Shown here in pieces: positions 29,859 to 40,174 of a stretch of DNA of 64,000 bases (the stretch's first letter is position 1; the number at the start of each line of letters is the position of its first letter). The DNA comes from Candidatus Micrarchaeota archaeon (GTDB lineage Archaea; Iainarchaeota; Iainarchaeia; Iainarchaeales; JAGVWC01): NCBI GenBank assembly GCA_043803815.1, contig JAZDJR010000018.1, positions 67,659 to 131,658 of the forward strand, given 5' to 3'. The translations under genes were made by a program, and so were the position numbers. The notes under the pieces were generated by a model. It saw only the letters and a list, made by a program, of their open reading frames with translations. It did not search any database and was not told the DNA's origin.

Positions 29859-30285
29859 TTCTTGGCTTTGTTTTTTCCTAAAAAAAACAACCCACCGATT
29901 CAACAGGCAAAATTAAACGCATTTTTCAGCGGTAGTTTGCCGATTGCGACTGTTTTAAACCGCGTTCTTTTCAGGGAAAGAACTTGGAATTCGCGGAGTT
30001 TTAAGGTTCACTTTGTTACAGAACAAAAAAAACCGCGATAACTATTTAAGCGGGTTTTGCAATAAACCTATCGTCTTTTCGAGGCAAAAAAGTGACGGAC
30101 GAACACTCCTTTTCGGCAAATTTAGCACAGAACCACCGCATCATTCAATTATGCGAAGCCCTAAAAAAAGGCGGAACCAAATTGTCGGACCACGAACAAG
30201 CCTGCGGAAAACAGCCCTCGAATTCCTAAATTCTCTTTTTCTTTCCAACTTGGCTGCTTTTTAATTCCAAACGCCTGAATTGAAT

Positions 30286-30801
30286 ATGCGAATCGTAATA
30301 ACCGGAACTCCCGCAACCGGCAAAACAAAACTGGCCAAAGAACTCGGAAAAAAACTGAAACTGCCGGTAATCAACGAACTTGCGTTCTGCCAAAAAAACC
30401 ATGTCGGAAAACTGAATCCCAAGACAGGCGAACGCGAAATTCCGGTTCCCGCTTTAACCCGAAAATTGAACCGGCTGCTAAAAACAAAAACCCGCTGCAT
30501 TATCGAAGGCCACGTTGTTTGCGAGTGCAAATTACGGCCGATTGATGCGGTAATCGTCATTCAAAGCCCCCTAAAAAAACTGGAAAAACGCCTCAAAAAA
30601 CGCGGTTATTCGGACATCAAGATTTTGGACAATTTGTGGAGCGAAAAAAACGGGTACTGCCTGAAAAAAGCCCGCCAAAACTACCCGACGGCCTTGGTTT
30701 GGCCCCTGTCCGGTCGCAAAGCGTTTAAAACGATTTGCAAACTAATACTAGCAAAAATCAACCGATTAAAACAAAAAAGAGGAACCCTTCGTGCAAAGTA
30801 A
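30286..30801 (+). CDS. Adenylate kinase, AK6/Fap7-like
   Basis: ITGTPATGKT, IIEGH, LEKRLKKRGYS..KILDN. Confidence 0.82.
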   Translation: MRIVITGTPATGKTKLAKELGKKLKLPVINELAFCQKNHVGKLNPKTGEREIPVPALTRKLNRLLKTKTRCIIEGHVVCECKLRPIDAVIVIQSPLKKLEKRLKKRGYSDIKILDNLWSEKNGYCLKKARQNYPTALVWPLSGRKAFKTICKLILAKINRLKQKRGTLRAK

Positions 30802-32011
30802 ACAAGCGATTTTAATCAGCCTACTGATGGTACTGGTATTATCAGCGGCGCAGTCTAAAACCATTGCCGAACAAACATTTTCAGAACTTGGATTCGCCCA
30901 GTTTCAAAACGAAGCCGCTTTGACAACCGCTTGCAATGATTTCGCATTGATTTCCAACGCCAACCAGATTCAGCCGGGATTTTATTCCGTTCTGTCCCTG
31001 CACGTGCAGGCGCTTCCCTTGGCATCGGACGATTCCAGCATCGATGTTTTTTTGAATGATAACCAAACGGTTTTGGAAACCGCAAAAGCAACGGATTTCA
31101 AAAACGGCTGGTGGCGGTTATACCTGCCCAATGAAAAACTCCAGCAAAGCAATGCTGTTCGCGTCTGCCTGAACACGTCCGCAACGACGACGAAACTGGT
31201 TTTGCTTTCGGATTCTTTGTACGGCGTTTACCAACTGCCCGAATTCAAGTCGGGCGATTTTGTCAAAATCGTTTCCAATACAAACCCGTTAGTCGGACAG
31301 GAATTTGACAGCACCGTGACCCTGCACAATTCCGGTTCGGAAGGCGTAGACGTTAATGTATTGTACAAAAAGCCCGACGTCGAGTTTCGTTATCTTGCGT
31401 TTGTCCGCGGCCAAAGCGGATTCTTTGGAAGAATCGAACCCGACCAGACCATTTCGTTTGCGTATACCACCAAAGCAACCCAGCAGATTCCCGCAACCCT
31501 TCCCGCGGCGGTCCTGTTTTACACCAATGAGTGGGGCGAAACCGTGCAATTGGTTTCCAATTATCCCGTAATGCGGGTGGAAAACCCGCTAAGCCAAATC
31601 GACGCCATTGTGCTGAACAAAAGCAACCAAAAACAATTTGTGGAAAACCAATCGATTCCGTTTCAAATCGCGGTAACCAACACCGGAATCACGGACGTAT
31701 CCAATATTTCGATTGTTTTGGACAGCTCCCAAATCCTTAACGAGTGGACCGGCCAGCCATCCGAATTCAACGTGGAAATACTCAAAGCGGGAGAAACCAA
31801 ATACCTCGATTTTTCGGTTACTCCAAACCGCAACGGAAACTTTCAAATCGGCTGCTTGACGCGCTACTTAAGCGTTCCGATTGTCCAAACATCCTGCCAA
31901 TCCGCGGAACTTACCGTTGAACCCAAGCCGTTTCCGATCGAATTCATCGCAGGAATCGTTTTGGCCGTGCTTGCAGTGCTTATTTTTTTGTTTTACCAAT
32001 ACCGAAAGTGA
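30791..32011 (+). CDS. Secreted Ig-like (BatD/CARDB-like) membrane protein
   Basis: Signal peptide, TLHNSG and VTNTG Ig-like motifs, C-terminal TM helix + RK. Confidence 0.7.
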   Translation: MQSKQAILISLLMVLVLSAAQSKTIAEQTFSELGFAQFQNEAALTTACNDFALISNANQIQPGFYSVLSLHVQALPLASDDSSIDVFLNDNQTVLETAKATDFKNGWWRLYLPNEKLQQSNAVRVCLNTSATTTKLVLLSDSLYGVYQLPEFKSGDFVKIVSNTNPLVGQEFDSTVTLHNSGSEGVDVNVLYKKPDVEFRYLAFVRGQSGFFGRIEPDQTISFAYTTKATQQIPATLPAAVLFYTNEWGETVQLVSNYPVMRVENPLSQIDAIVLNKSNQKQFVENQSIPFQIAVTNTGITDVSNISIVLDSSQILNEWTGQPSEFNVEILKAGETKYLDFSVTPNRNGNFQIGCLTRYLSVPIVQTSCQSAELTVEPKPFPIEFIAGIVLAVLAVLIFLFYQYRK

Positions 32012-32015
32012 CTGC

Positions 32016-32657
32016 ATGGCCGACGACGACACCAGCCTGGAAAAAGCCAATCGAAAAGGAAAAGGATTTTCCGCAAACCAAATTATTATGGGGTTTCTTT
32101 TTATTGTCGGAGTATTGGCCGGCGGAGCGGCCGCGCATTATCTCATCGAGCCGTTTTTGAACAGCCAGTTATTGCAAAATTATTCCGCCTGCAACGCGAC
32201 CAACCAGCGGTTAAACGCGGAAATAAGCGAGTGCCTGCAACAGAACAATACGATTTCAAACCCGACCGGCATTTATCGTGTCATCCTAAGCAAATATGAA
32301 ACCGTTGCAGGAATCGAACTAGCCAGAAAAAATTACTATTCCCTTACGTTGTATTCGTCCGGCAGCATGCAATTGAAAATCTATGAAAATAATAGCATTC
32401 AAACGCGGGATAAGCCGTTATCAAACCAAACATTTTTGGGTCTTGCCGGCAAAATCAATGAAAACGGGTTTCTAAACGTGCCTTATCGAGTGGACAACGG
32501 CGAACCGATTTATGCAATCACAGTAGAAAATCAGAACGGTTCAAGCGAAAAAACCCTTGAATGCGGCACACCGATTGACTCCAATTGCCCAATGGCATTC
32601 ACCGAAATTCAAAACGAACTCCAAACAATCTGGGGCGAATCGCTTCCCACCGACTAA
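32016..32657 (+). CDS. Hypothetical membrane protein
   Basis: TM helix IIMGFLFIVGVLAGG; ATG 32016 follows the upstream stop. Confidence 0.65.
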   Translation: MADDDTSLEKANRKGKGFSANQIIMGFLFIVGVLAGGAAAHYLIEPFLNSQLLQNYSACNATNQRLNAEISECLQQNNTISNPTGIYRVILSKYETVAGIELARKNYYSLTLYSSGSMQLKIYENNSIQTRDKPLSNQTFLGLAGKINENGFLNVPYRVDNGEPIYAITVENQNGSSEKTLECGTPIDSNCPMAFTEIQNELQTIWGESLPTD

Positions 32658-32722
32658 AAAACGACTTCGCTTTTTGACGAAAATTTTCTGGATTATTACG
32701 ATTTTTGCGGCACTATCCGTTA

Positions 32723-35700
32723 ATGCTCCCGAAAAGCAAAAACGGGATTGAAACCTTTTTGATTCTGCTTTTGATTATTTTTTTCAGCGGCTGCCTGTTT
32801 TCTTCCGAAGACCAGATCCAGGCGCGGTTTGCCTGCCTTGGATTGTCCAGCCAGGCGTTTGCCTGGGTTCCGGACTGCGGCAATCAATTCCAGTGCTTTC
32901 AAAAAGCGCACGGCCAATTGTTCGATTTTGAGTATTCGGTTTTGTCTTTGGAAAGCCGCCAAGCCATTGACCGCTACCAAAATAGCCTCGCCAAAAGCTG
33001 GCTTTTTTTCAACAAAAGCCGGGACGATTTGAAAAAATTGCAGGAAGCCTGCGGCTCGTTAGAGGACTTTTCGCAGTGGCCTTCCTTGGTCAACCAAATC
33101 AACCAAGACCTTGCCAACGCGTTTTTGGCTTCCGACGAATCAGGCCAAAACGCGTTTGCCGTTGTTTTGGTTCTCAAAAACGAATTGCAGGAAGACCAAA
33201 TCGGCCAAATCAAGGAAGAAAAAATATTTGCCGACTGGATTGAACTGCAGGAAAACGCGAACGCGTTTCAGAGCCATTCCGCTTCCAACCCGCAGTCCTT
33301 GGCGGGAAGGCTTTTTTCAGCCCAGCAGCGCATGGCTAATATGACCGAACAATACGGCATCGGCCCAAAACTGGTTTCCTCGCAAAACCTGATGGGTGTT
33401 TTGCCCCAGCACAAAAAAGAGATTTTAGACCAATTGCCCAAGACAAACCCGTTTTTTCCCGTAATCGGAAGTATGGCAATCGACCTTGCCCGGACCATTT
33501 CGCAAGGACAATTGGCAGGCAACAGCATTGCTTCCCTGCAAACTTTTCCGGTTTACTCGTTTTTTGAAGTGTTTTCCGAAATCAACGGAACCGACCACTC
33601 GATTGCAAAGGAATTATCGGGAATGGTTTCAGATACCGTCCAAAACAAGTCCGAATTAATCGGCCAAAACCAAAAAACAAAAAACCGGATTGAAAAAGCC
33701 CTTGGCGAAACCGAACAACGGCTAAGCGAATTGCAGTCCCGGCAAAACGGGTTCGAATCCAAAACCGATTTTTTTGCCTTGCTAAAACAATTGCCCCTGC
33801 AAACCGGTTTTGCGCCACAAGGTTTTTCCGTTAACGATGTTTCCAACGCGATTCCAAAACTGTCGGAAAAACGGGGGGAACTGTACCGCGATTTTATCCG
33901 ATTGCAACTCGACGCCGCCACGGGCAAAATAACGCTTGGCCGGCAAACCAAAACCCTCAAAGAAATGGAGCAACGACAAGCGAGCCTTAACGACAACATC
34001 GATTTTATCCAAAACCGCCTTGGAAACGGACTTAGCGCGCTTTGCGCGGAGCGCTTGCAGGCGATTACCGCAAGCCTAAAAAAAATAAACCCGGATTCCG
34101 ACACCAAAATCGAACTGGTTGCCAAAACGCGTTTTTTTATCGGCGAATTCAAAAAAAGTACAGCCGTACTGGAGCAATTGTCCGACTGCAGTCAGGCAAT
34201 CAAATCGTTTAACAGCCTGCAGTTGTTTGACCAAAACCAGGCGGCGTTTGTTGCCAAGCAAAACAGCGAACTTGGGGGCTGCCGGTCTTTTTTGAAAACC
34301 GTTTTTGAAAAAAACCCGCCCGAACTTTCCGATTTGCAAATCCAATGGGACCAATTCGTTCAAAACCAAGCGAATATGTCAATCGAGGACGCACGGAACC
34401 GGTGCAATCAGCTTCAAAGCGCAACCGCTCAGCGGGTTATGCAAAGCCCCGATTTTGTGCAGTTGGTTCAGGCGTTCGGTTCCGCGAGGACGTATTATTC
34501 AGGAATCCAAAAACTCAATTTTTACCTGAAAACGCAGGTGCCAACCGCGGAAATCCAAAACCGGTTGGAAAAACTGTCCGAGTTTTTCCCGAACAACGTT
34601 GCCGCGGTTGAAAAAATCGCGGGAAACGAAACGGATATTCTACATAACGCCGACTTGTTTTTGAGCTTGTCCAAACAACGGTTTTCAGAAGCCTTAAGCG
34701 ACGCATTAGCCGAAACTGTTGAAATCCAATCCGCCAGCGAACAAGTTGTAATCGCCAACCAAGCCCAAAATACCCTGCACCAAATCGTATTTTTCAACCC
34801 GACCACAATAGCATGGAACGAACCAATACTGGTTGAAATTCCGGGAGAGTTTTTGAATTCCGTTTTGCTTGAAAAATCCCCGAACATCGAAGGGGTGCAA
34901 TCGCAGGACAAAAAATTGCGAATACGGTTTTCAGCCGTTCCGCCGGGAGTTTCGCAGGCAACAGTCCAATCCGAATTCTGGCCAACCACCACAGAAGAAG
35001 ACGAATTTTTCCGGCCGGCCGAATATTTTGTCTGGAGCCAAAAAAAGATTTTCATACAATTACCATCGCAAATCGGGCGCCTTCAAATCCAAACCAATCT
35101 TGGCCAACTGCCGGTCAATTCCGTTGTGGTACTGTTTCACAGGACCGAAATTCCGTTTGACCTGCAGGGACAATCTATCCGTTTTGAACTGCAAAATGTC
35201 TCGCCAAACGAATTTGCGACGGTTTTTTTTGGCGTCCAAAACCCGGTTTTGGTCCAGCTGGAAACAACCGCGGACGAGACAGGAATCCGCATGCGGGGAA
35301 CAGTCCAAAACCGGTTAGCGGCAAAACTTGAAAAAATCCAAATCAACATTCCGATGCCCGGCGGGTTTTTCGAGAACATAACAGCTGAACTGGACGGAAA
35401 AAAGATTTCCGTGCAGGACTTTTCCGGACAATCGCAAATCGAAATCCCCGCATTGGAACCCAAACAAACCGCAACGCTTCAGGTGGCCGCGGCAACCGAC
35501 AACGCGGCTTTGGCGGTGGAAGCGGTTTTTAACCAGACCAAACAAACACTTGAACAAATCGCACTCGACCCCAATCCCAAAATCAAAAACCAGGCAGAGG
35601 AATTGCTGGTTCAATTGCTGAAAATTTCGGATTTTTCAAATTCAACGGCGGCCAAAACGATTTTTGAAATCAGCCGCAAAACGCAGGATATGCTGGCTTT

Positions 35701-36901
35701 GCAAAAGCAAAACGGTTTCTCGTCCGACCAATACCTGCAGGCGGCCGAAAACGCGCAAAATCGCATCGGCGAACTGCAAAACCGGACGGTTTCGGAACTA
35801 AAAAAAGAAGGGTATGCCAATGCCGCCAAAATGATTGAAGCCCAAATCCGCGAAGCCCAAAGCTGGCTTGTCCAGGGAGAACTTGCGTTTGAAAGCCACA
35901 ATTACAATTCCGCCGTCGTATTAGCGCTCAAAGCGGTAAACGCGCTTAACACGGCAAACGCCAAAATATCCGCCGAATTTGACGCATCACTCAAAGAACT
36001 GCAAAAAAAAGCCGACCAAGCGCTGGTTCAATTACAAAAAAAACCAAGTGCGGAAACGGTCCAAACACAAAAAACGGTTTCCGATTCGTTAAGCCGCCTA
36101 AAGCTTGCGATGAACGCGGGCAATCCAAGTGAAATTTTAGCCGCATTAAACGAAACCAAACAAGCTATCGCAAATGCCGAACAGCAGGCAAGCGAACAAA
36201 TCGCCCTGCAAGTACAGGACCAAAAAAAACTCGCCGCAGATATTCTAAAACAATTGGACTCTGCTACTCTCCAAAACAGGATTCAAAAACTGGCCAAAGA
36301 AGCCGGGCAATTCGACTCGGCTGAGCTGGTCAAAACCGGAATCTGGCTGACTTTATCCAAAACCGAACTGGAAAAACTCCAAGCCGACCTTGAAAAACTT
36401 TTTTCGAAAAAAGACCAAAGCCAATTAAAACTTTTTTTGGATTCCAATAACCTCGACTCGAATACGAACAAAATAATCGAGGCATTCCAAGCCCAGTTTT
36501 CCAAAAAACTGGGGCAGTTCGGCCAAATCAAAAGCCAAATCGACGATTTCGAATCAAACCTAAAGCAAAACGCGGGAATCGAACTGGAAAAAGCCAAAGC
36601 CCTTGCCGAACAAAACGGATTGAACAGCAGCCAAACCAAGTCCCTGTTTGAAGCCGACCAGGCATTCCAAAACGAGGAATACCTGACCGGTTGGTATTAC
36701 GCCAAAAAAATCACGTTGGCAGGCAAAAACAACGCCACGGGCTTTTTCAGCCTTCCAGCCGGAATTCCCGCGGTGATATACCCAATTATCGGCGTTATCC
36801 TAATCGGCGGAATCCTAAAGCTCCGCAAAAAAAAGAATTCCGAAGAGGAAACCAAAAAGCCGGCCAAAATCAAAATCGAGCGCGTCAAAACGGATATCTG
36901 A
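32723..36901 (+). CDS. Large coiled-coil surface protein with N-terminal lipobox and C-terminal TM anchor
   Basis: LLIIFFSGC lipobox; helical Gln-rich body with a central beta-rich region; ATGFF then TM helix and lysine-rich tail. Confidence 0.75.
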   Translation: MLPKSKNGIETFLILLLIIFFSGCLFSSEDQIQARFACLGLSSQAFAWVPDCGNQFQCFQKAHGQLFDFEYSVLSLESRQAIDRYQNSLAKSWLFFNKSRDDLKKLQEACGSLEDFSQWPSLVNQINQDLANAFLASDESGQNAFAVVLVLKNELQEDQIGQIKEEKIFADWIELQENANAFQSHSASNPQSLAGRLFSAQQRMANMTEQYGIGPKLVSSQNLMGVLPQHKKEILDQLPKTNPFFPVIGSMAIDLARTISQGQLAGNSIASLQTFPVYSFFEVFSEINGTDHSIAKELSGMVSDTVQNKSELIGQNQKTKNRIEKALGETEQRLSELQSRQNGFESKTDFFALLKQLPLQTGFAPQGFSVNDVSNAIPKLSEKRGELYRDFIRLQLDAATGKITLGRQTKTLKEMEQRQASLNDNIDFIQNRLGNGLSALCAERLQAITASLKKINPDSDTKIELVAKTRFFIGEFKKSTAVLEQLSDCSQAIKSFNSLQLFDQNQAAFVAKQNSELGGCRSFLKTVFEKNPPELSDLQIQWDQFVQNQANMSIEDARNRCNQLQSATAQRVMQSPDFVQLVQAFGSARTYYSGIQKLNFYLKTQVPTAEIQNRLEKLSEFFPNNVAAVEKIAGNETDILHNADLFLSLSKQRFSEALSDALAETVEIQSASEQVVIANQAQNTLHQIVFFNPTTIAWNEPILVEIPGEFLNSVLLEKSPNIEGVQSQDKKLRIRFSAVPPGVSQATVQSEFWPTTTEEDEFFRPAEYFVWSQKKIFIQLPSQIGRLQIQTNLGQLPVNSVVVLFHRTEIPFDLQGQSIRFELQNVSPNEFATVFFGVQNPVLVQLETTADETGIRMRGTVQNRLAAKLEKIQINIPMPGGFFENITAELDGKKISVQDFSGQSQIEIPALEPKQTATLQVAAATDNAALAVEAVFNQTKQTLEQIALDPNPKIKNQAEELLVQLLKISDFSNSTAAKTIFEISRKTQDMLALQKQNGFSSDQYLQAAENAQNRIGELQNRTVSELKKEGYANAAKMIEAQIREAQSWLVQGELAFESHNYNSAVVLALKAVNALNTANAKISAEFDASLKELQKKADQALVQLQKKPSAETVQTQKTVSDSLSRLKLAMNAGNPSEILAALNETKQAIANAEQQASEQIALQVQDQKKLAADILKQLDSATLQNRIQKLAKEAGQFDSAELVKTGIWLTLSKTELEKLQADLEKLFSKKDQSQLKLFLDSNNLDSNTNKIIEAFQAQFSKKLGQFGQIKSQIDDFESNLKQNAGIELEKAKALAEQNGLNSSQTKSLFEADQAFQNEEYLTGWYYAKKITLAGKNNATGFFSLPAGIPAVIYPIIGVILIGGILKLRKKKNSEEETKKPAKIKIERVKTDI

Positions 36902-36962
36902 CGCCTATTTTTTCAAAACTGGACTGTAGTGAAAAAGTAGTGAAATTTAAAAGGGGTTTGAT

Positions 36963-37259
36963 ATGGAAATTGAATGGAAGTATCACGCCAGAACGCGGTT
37001 CTGGGAAAGAATCGCCTGTTTTGACATCGACAAAGCAGAAGCCGAATTTGAAATCAAAAAGCAAACGGTTCGTTTCATACAGCCCGAAACCAATACCATT
37101 AAAACAATCTTTGAAGTCAGGGGAAAGATTTTAACAGTTATCAAAAAAGAAACAAGAAATCGTATCGAAATTGTTTCCGTTTGGGAAGCCAACCCGGAGG
37201 AAGTGAAAATATGGACACAAAAACGAGGAAATGCATGTGCGGCGGAACCGCGGTGTTAA
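36963..37259 (+). CDS. Putative RelE/BrnT/DUF4258-like toxin
   Basis: WKYHARTRFWER and IEIVSVWEANPEE patterns; overlaps the downstream zinc-finger gene. Confidence 0.55.
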   Translation: MEIEWKYHARTRFWERIACFDIDKAEAEFEIKKQTVRFIQPETNTIKTIFEVRGKILTVIKKETRNRIEIVSVWEANPEEVKIWTQKRGNACAAEPRC

Positions 37260-37543
37260 AGTTCAATGATCTCAAACTGTTTGACGGGAAACTCGTTCTC
37301 AAGGACCAGCCATATTACCAATGTACCCGTTGCGGCGAAGAATATGTTACCTCGGAACAAATGGGAAAGCAAGAACCCAAGGTCCGCGCTTTTTTAGGGC
37401 TTGAACGAAAATTCATTTCCACCGGCGGTTCGGTCGGACTGACATTTCCGCCGCTTATCGCCAAGCAGCAGGGAATCAAAAAAGGCGGAAAATTCCGCCT
37501 CGTCATAGAAAGCCCGAAAAAAGTCGCCATCGTACTGGAGTGA
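37211..37543 (+). CDS. YgiT/MqsA-type zinc finger fused to AbrB/MazE DNA-binding domain, putative antitoxin
   Basis: CMCGG..CTRCGEEY, then TGGSVGLTFP..GIKKG. Confidence 0.75.
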   Translation: MDTKTRKCMCGGTAVLKFNDLKLFDGKLVLKDQPYYQCTRCGEEYVTSEQMGKQEPKVRAFLGLERKFISTGGSVGLTFPPLIAKQQGIKKGGKFRLVIESPKKVAIVLE

Positions 37544-37595
37544 AAGAAAAAGCTTTTCCCCCAACGCGAGGAACCTAATTGACCAAAAGTGCAAA

Positions 37596-37850
37596 TCAGG
37601 ATGGGGAATATCTTTGTTTTAAAGCGAGTATCATCCTAACGAGCGCTGTTTCATCAACATTTCGACGGCCGTGTGCAAATTTTTCTCTTAATGGTTCTAT
37701 TTTAGCATTCCAAACGCCTTCAGGTATTTCATGGAAGAAATCTTACCTCAGGCTACGATGCAATGCATATTGGTTGATTAAATGACGGACGCTTAGCCGT
37801 CTCGCGGAATCAGGAAACCTTCTTAGTGAGAGTGATATTCGCTTGCGCAT
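37596..37850 (-). pseudogene. Arg-rich orphan ORF (85 codons) with one in-frame TAA
   Basis: ATG 37850 reads MRKRISLSLRRFPDSARR..RSLR, TAA, then DFFHEIPEGVW..QRYSPS-TGA in the same frame; TTTTATAT box about 25 bp upstream. Confidence 0.35.
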
Positions 37851-37987
37851 ATCTCAAGTATGCCAACCCAAAATATAAAACTTCGCATTGACTTGAATGC
37901 CATGCATTCCATTGTAGACAAAAGGGGCTAATTGGCAACAACAAAGAAAAACAAAATCTTATGAATCTATCCAGCCAAAAATAGGGT

Positions 37988-38536
37988 ATGCCTTCACGCC
38001 CGCCATTTGGAAAAATGATTTCAAATCCGGCTTACGCTGGCCCGGACCGCCGGATTGGACGCCAAAGAAAAAAAGAACGGCGAGGACAAGGTTTTCGGAA
38101 ACGATGGCTAAACAGAGTTTGGGTTTTCCGGCCGGTTACCCCAAAGGATTTGGGACGAATGCAACCGATTGCAGCCCTTATGGACTGGCAAAGGCGACCC
38201 GCGTTTTTGGGGCTTGAACAGCATGTGCAGCAAGCCAAGGCGCTCTTTGAAAAAGACGTATGGAACAAAATGAAAGAATTCGGAATTCGCAGGGAACAAG
38301 CCATTCAACGGCTTGTCAAAGGGAAAGGATACTATTTTCACTATTTTTCATTGCCAACGGATTTGCCAATCACAAACCGGAGTTTGCTTGAGCCAAGCAT
38401 CACCCACTTTCTGCTGGCATACGAACCAAAAAAAGACCAATTCTTTTGGGCATCCAGCCGCCGGCAACCCACGGGAAGAGAACGCCGGAAACCCGCGGGC
38501 AAAATACTGGTTCGAAACCTTGCAAAACCCCACTGA
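37988..38536 (+). CDS. Hypothetical highly basic protein
   Basis: MP-start, Arg-rich N- and C-termini (DRRIGRQRKKERR; GRERRK). Confidence 0.6.
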   Translation: MPSRPPFGKMISNPAYAGPDRRIGRQRKKERRGQGFRKRWLNRVWVFRPVTPKDLGRMQPIAALMDWQRRPAFLGLEQHVQQAKALFEKDVWNKMKEFGIRREQAIQRLVKGKGYYFHYFSLPTDLPITNRSLLEPSITHFLLAYEPKKDQFFWASSRRQPTGRERRKPAGKILVRNLAKPH

Positions 38537-38541
38537 AGATT

Positions 38542-39690
38542 TTACTTTTCTTTTTTCGGCTTTTTTTGTTTTAGTTTTTCTTTTCGCGCGTTCCATTTCG
38601 CCATGTGTTTGTCCTGTTCGGCGTAAGCTGTGGGAAACAATTCGCGAAAAGGAATAATCGTAGATTTGTTTTTCCATTCGGGGGAAACCAACAGGCAAAC
38701 GAAGCTGTCCTTGTCTTCGGTTTTGTAAGTGTATCCCAAGTGTTCGGCGATTTGTTTGGCAAAGGTTTGCACTTCTTCAAAAGTCGGCATTGCGGTTTCA
38801 GGCAATCGGTACTGGGAAAACCCGACGTGGACATAGCCTTTGACTTCGACAAAATCGGGCTTTCCTTTGGCGATTAATTCGGCAAATTCTTCGGGGTGAT
38901 TCATATTTTTTCCCTTCACGCACGTAATTCGGATTACTTTTCGCGTTTTTATTTTGGGCAACAGTTCAATCGAGCGGTTTAACCGTTCCCACGAGTCCGC
39001 AAAGTCGGGCTTGTTCAATTCCAAATGCGATTCTTTTTTCGAGGTGTCAACGGAAAGGTAAAGCTGCGTTGGCGGGGATTGGATTAATTTTTCAATTGTC
39101 TCCGGATGCAGGCCGTTGGAAACGACAAACGTGGAAATTCCTTTGGAATGGTACTCAAAAATCAGTTCGGCAAGGAGCGGATACAGGGTAGGTTCTCCGG
39201 TTAGGGAAATGGCCACGTGCTTGGGCAGTTTGGACTGTTCGAGTTTGACTAAGTCGATGTTGGGAAAACCGCCGAATCCCGATAACTGGACGAGTTGACC
39301 GCGAATGCTTTCAGAAACGATTTCGTCCGGCTTGTCAAAGATTTCTTTGGAGGATAAACCGGGGGTTACTGTTCCTTTTTTGGAGCCGCTTTGAATCAAG
39401 CATTCCCCGTTGGGCTGGTTTTTGAGGGAATCCATTTTTGGAATAAAGGTATGCGTTGGGCGCCAGCAGTACACGCATTTTTGGTCGCAAAAAGTCGAGG
39501 CGGGACTCATTTGGATGCATTGGTGGCTTTGGATGCCGTAAAATTTCTGCTTGTAGCATACCTTTTGGCTGCGCAGGGCCTGTTTGGTGTAATGGCAGGT
39601 CTTGACACAGGAGTGGCCGAACAAAAAATAGCCCTGTTTTTTGAGCAATTCGATTGTCTTTTCCGGCACGAATTCTTCAACGGAATGCAT
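38542..39690 (-). CDS. taw1: 4-demethylwyosine synthase Taw1/TYW1 (radical SAM)
   Basis: HSCVKTCHY, CYKQKFYGIQSHQC, CDQKCVYC, AISLTGEP, FVEVKGY. Confidence 0.93.
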   Translation of the reverse strand: MHSVEEFVPEKTIELLKKQGYFLFGHSCVKTCHYTKQALRSQKVCYKQKFYGIQSHQCIQMSPASTFCDQKCVYCWRPTHTFIPKMDSLKNQPNGECLIQSGSKKGTVTPGLSSKEIFDKPDEIVSESIRGQLVQLSGFGGFPNIDLVKLEQSKLPKHVAISLTGEPTLYPLLAELIFEYHSKGISTFVVSNGLHPETIEKLIQSPPTQLYLSVDTSKKESHLELNKPDFADSWERLNRSIELLPKIKTRKVIRITCVKGKNMNHPEEFAELIAKGKPDFVEVKGYVHVGFSQYRLPETAMPTFEEVQTFAKQIAEHLGYTYKTEDKDSFVCLLVSPEWKNKSTIIPFRELFPTAYAEQDKHMAKWNARKEKLKQKKPKKEK

Positions 39691-39889
39691 GAAATAAGTC
39701 CCTTAAAAAGAGTTAAAAAATCGGTTCTCCCAAAACCCAAAAACAACGCCTTTGCTTTGTTATATAGAAGTGCTATTCAGGGACAAAATTAATTTTCCAA
39801 GGGGGTTTGGGATTTCTTCAGTTATGTAGGGTAGGCCAAGGAATAGGTTTAAATAGCCGTTTTGATGTTATTGAATCGGTGATTTTTTC

Positions 39890-40162
39890 ATGTACAAGTA
39901 TACGATTGCCCGACAGTTGGCTACCAAACGCGTTATAACAAACCGCGGAGACGAAGTAGGAAAACTCAGCGATTTGTTGGTGAACGAAGTTACCGGCGAA
40001 ATCGAGTCTTTGGTCGTTGAAATTGACCGCGAAAGCAAAGTCATTCGACGCATTAACCCCAAAGAACGCGTCATGCAGATTCCATATTCTGCCGTTACCG
40101 CCGTCAGCGACGTGTTCATTGTCGACGAACGCGAACTAGCCGCCGCCGCAGGCGTTGAGTAA
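39890..40162 (+). CDS. PRC-barrel protein (CdpB-like)
   Basis: KRVITNRGDEVGKLSDLLVNEVTGEI..IPYSAVTAVSDVFIV. Confidence 0.85.
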   Translation: MYKYTIARQLATKRVITNRGDEVGKLSDLLVNEVTGEIESLVVEIDRESKVIRRINPKERVMQIPYSAVTAVSDVFIVDERELAAAAGVE

Positions 40163-40174
40163 AAAAAAAATCGG

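Noticed and set aside
29860-30280. ncRNA or gene in the long intergenic region
   Set aside because: No tRNA, SRP or RNase P signature recognised; ORF 30013-30264 has no motif
36925-36957. ORB-like GAAATTTAAAAGGGG
   Set aside because: Single copy far from cdc6; better read as the operator, promoter and ribosome site of the TA pair
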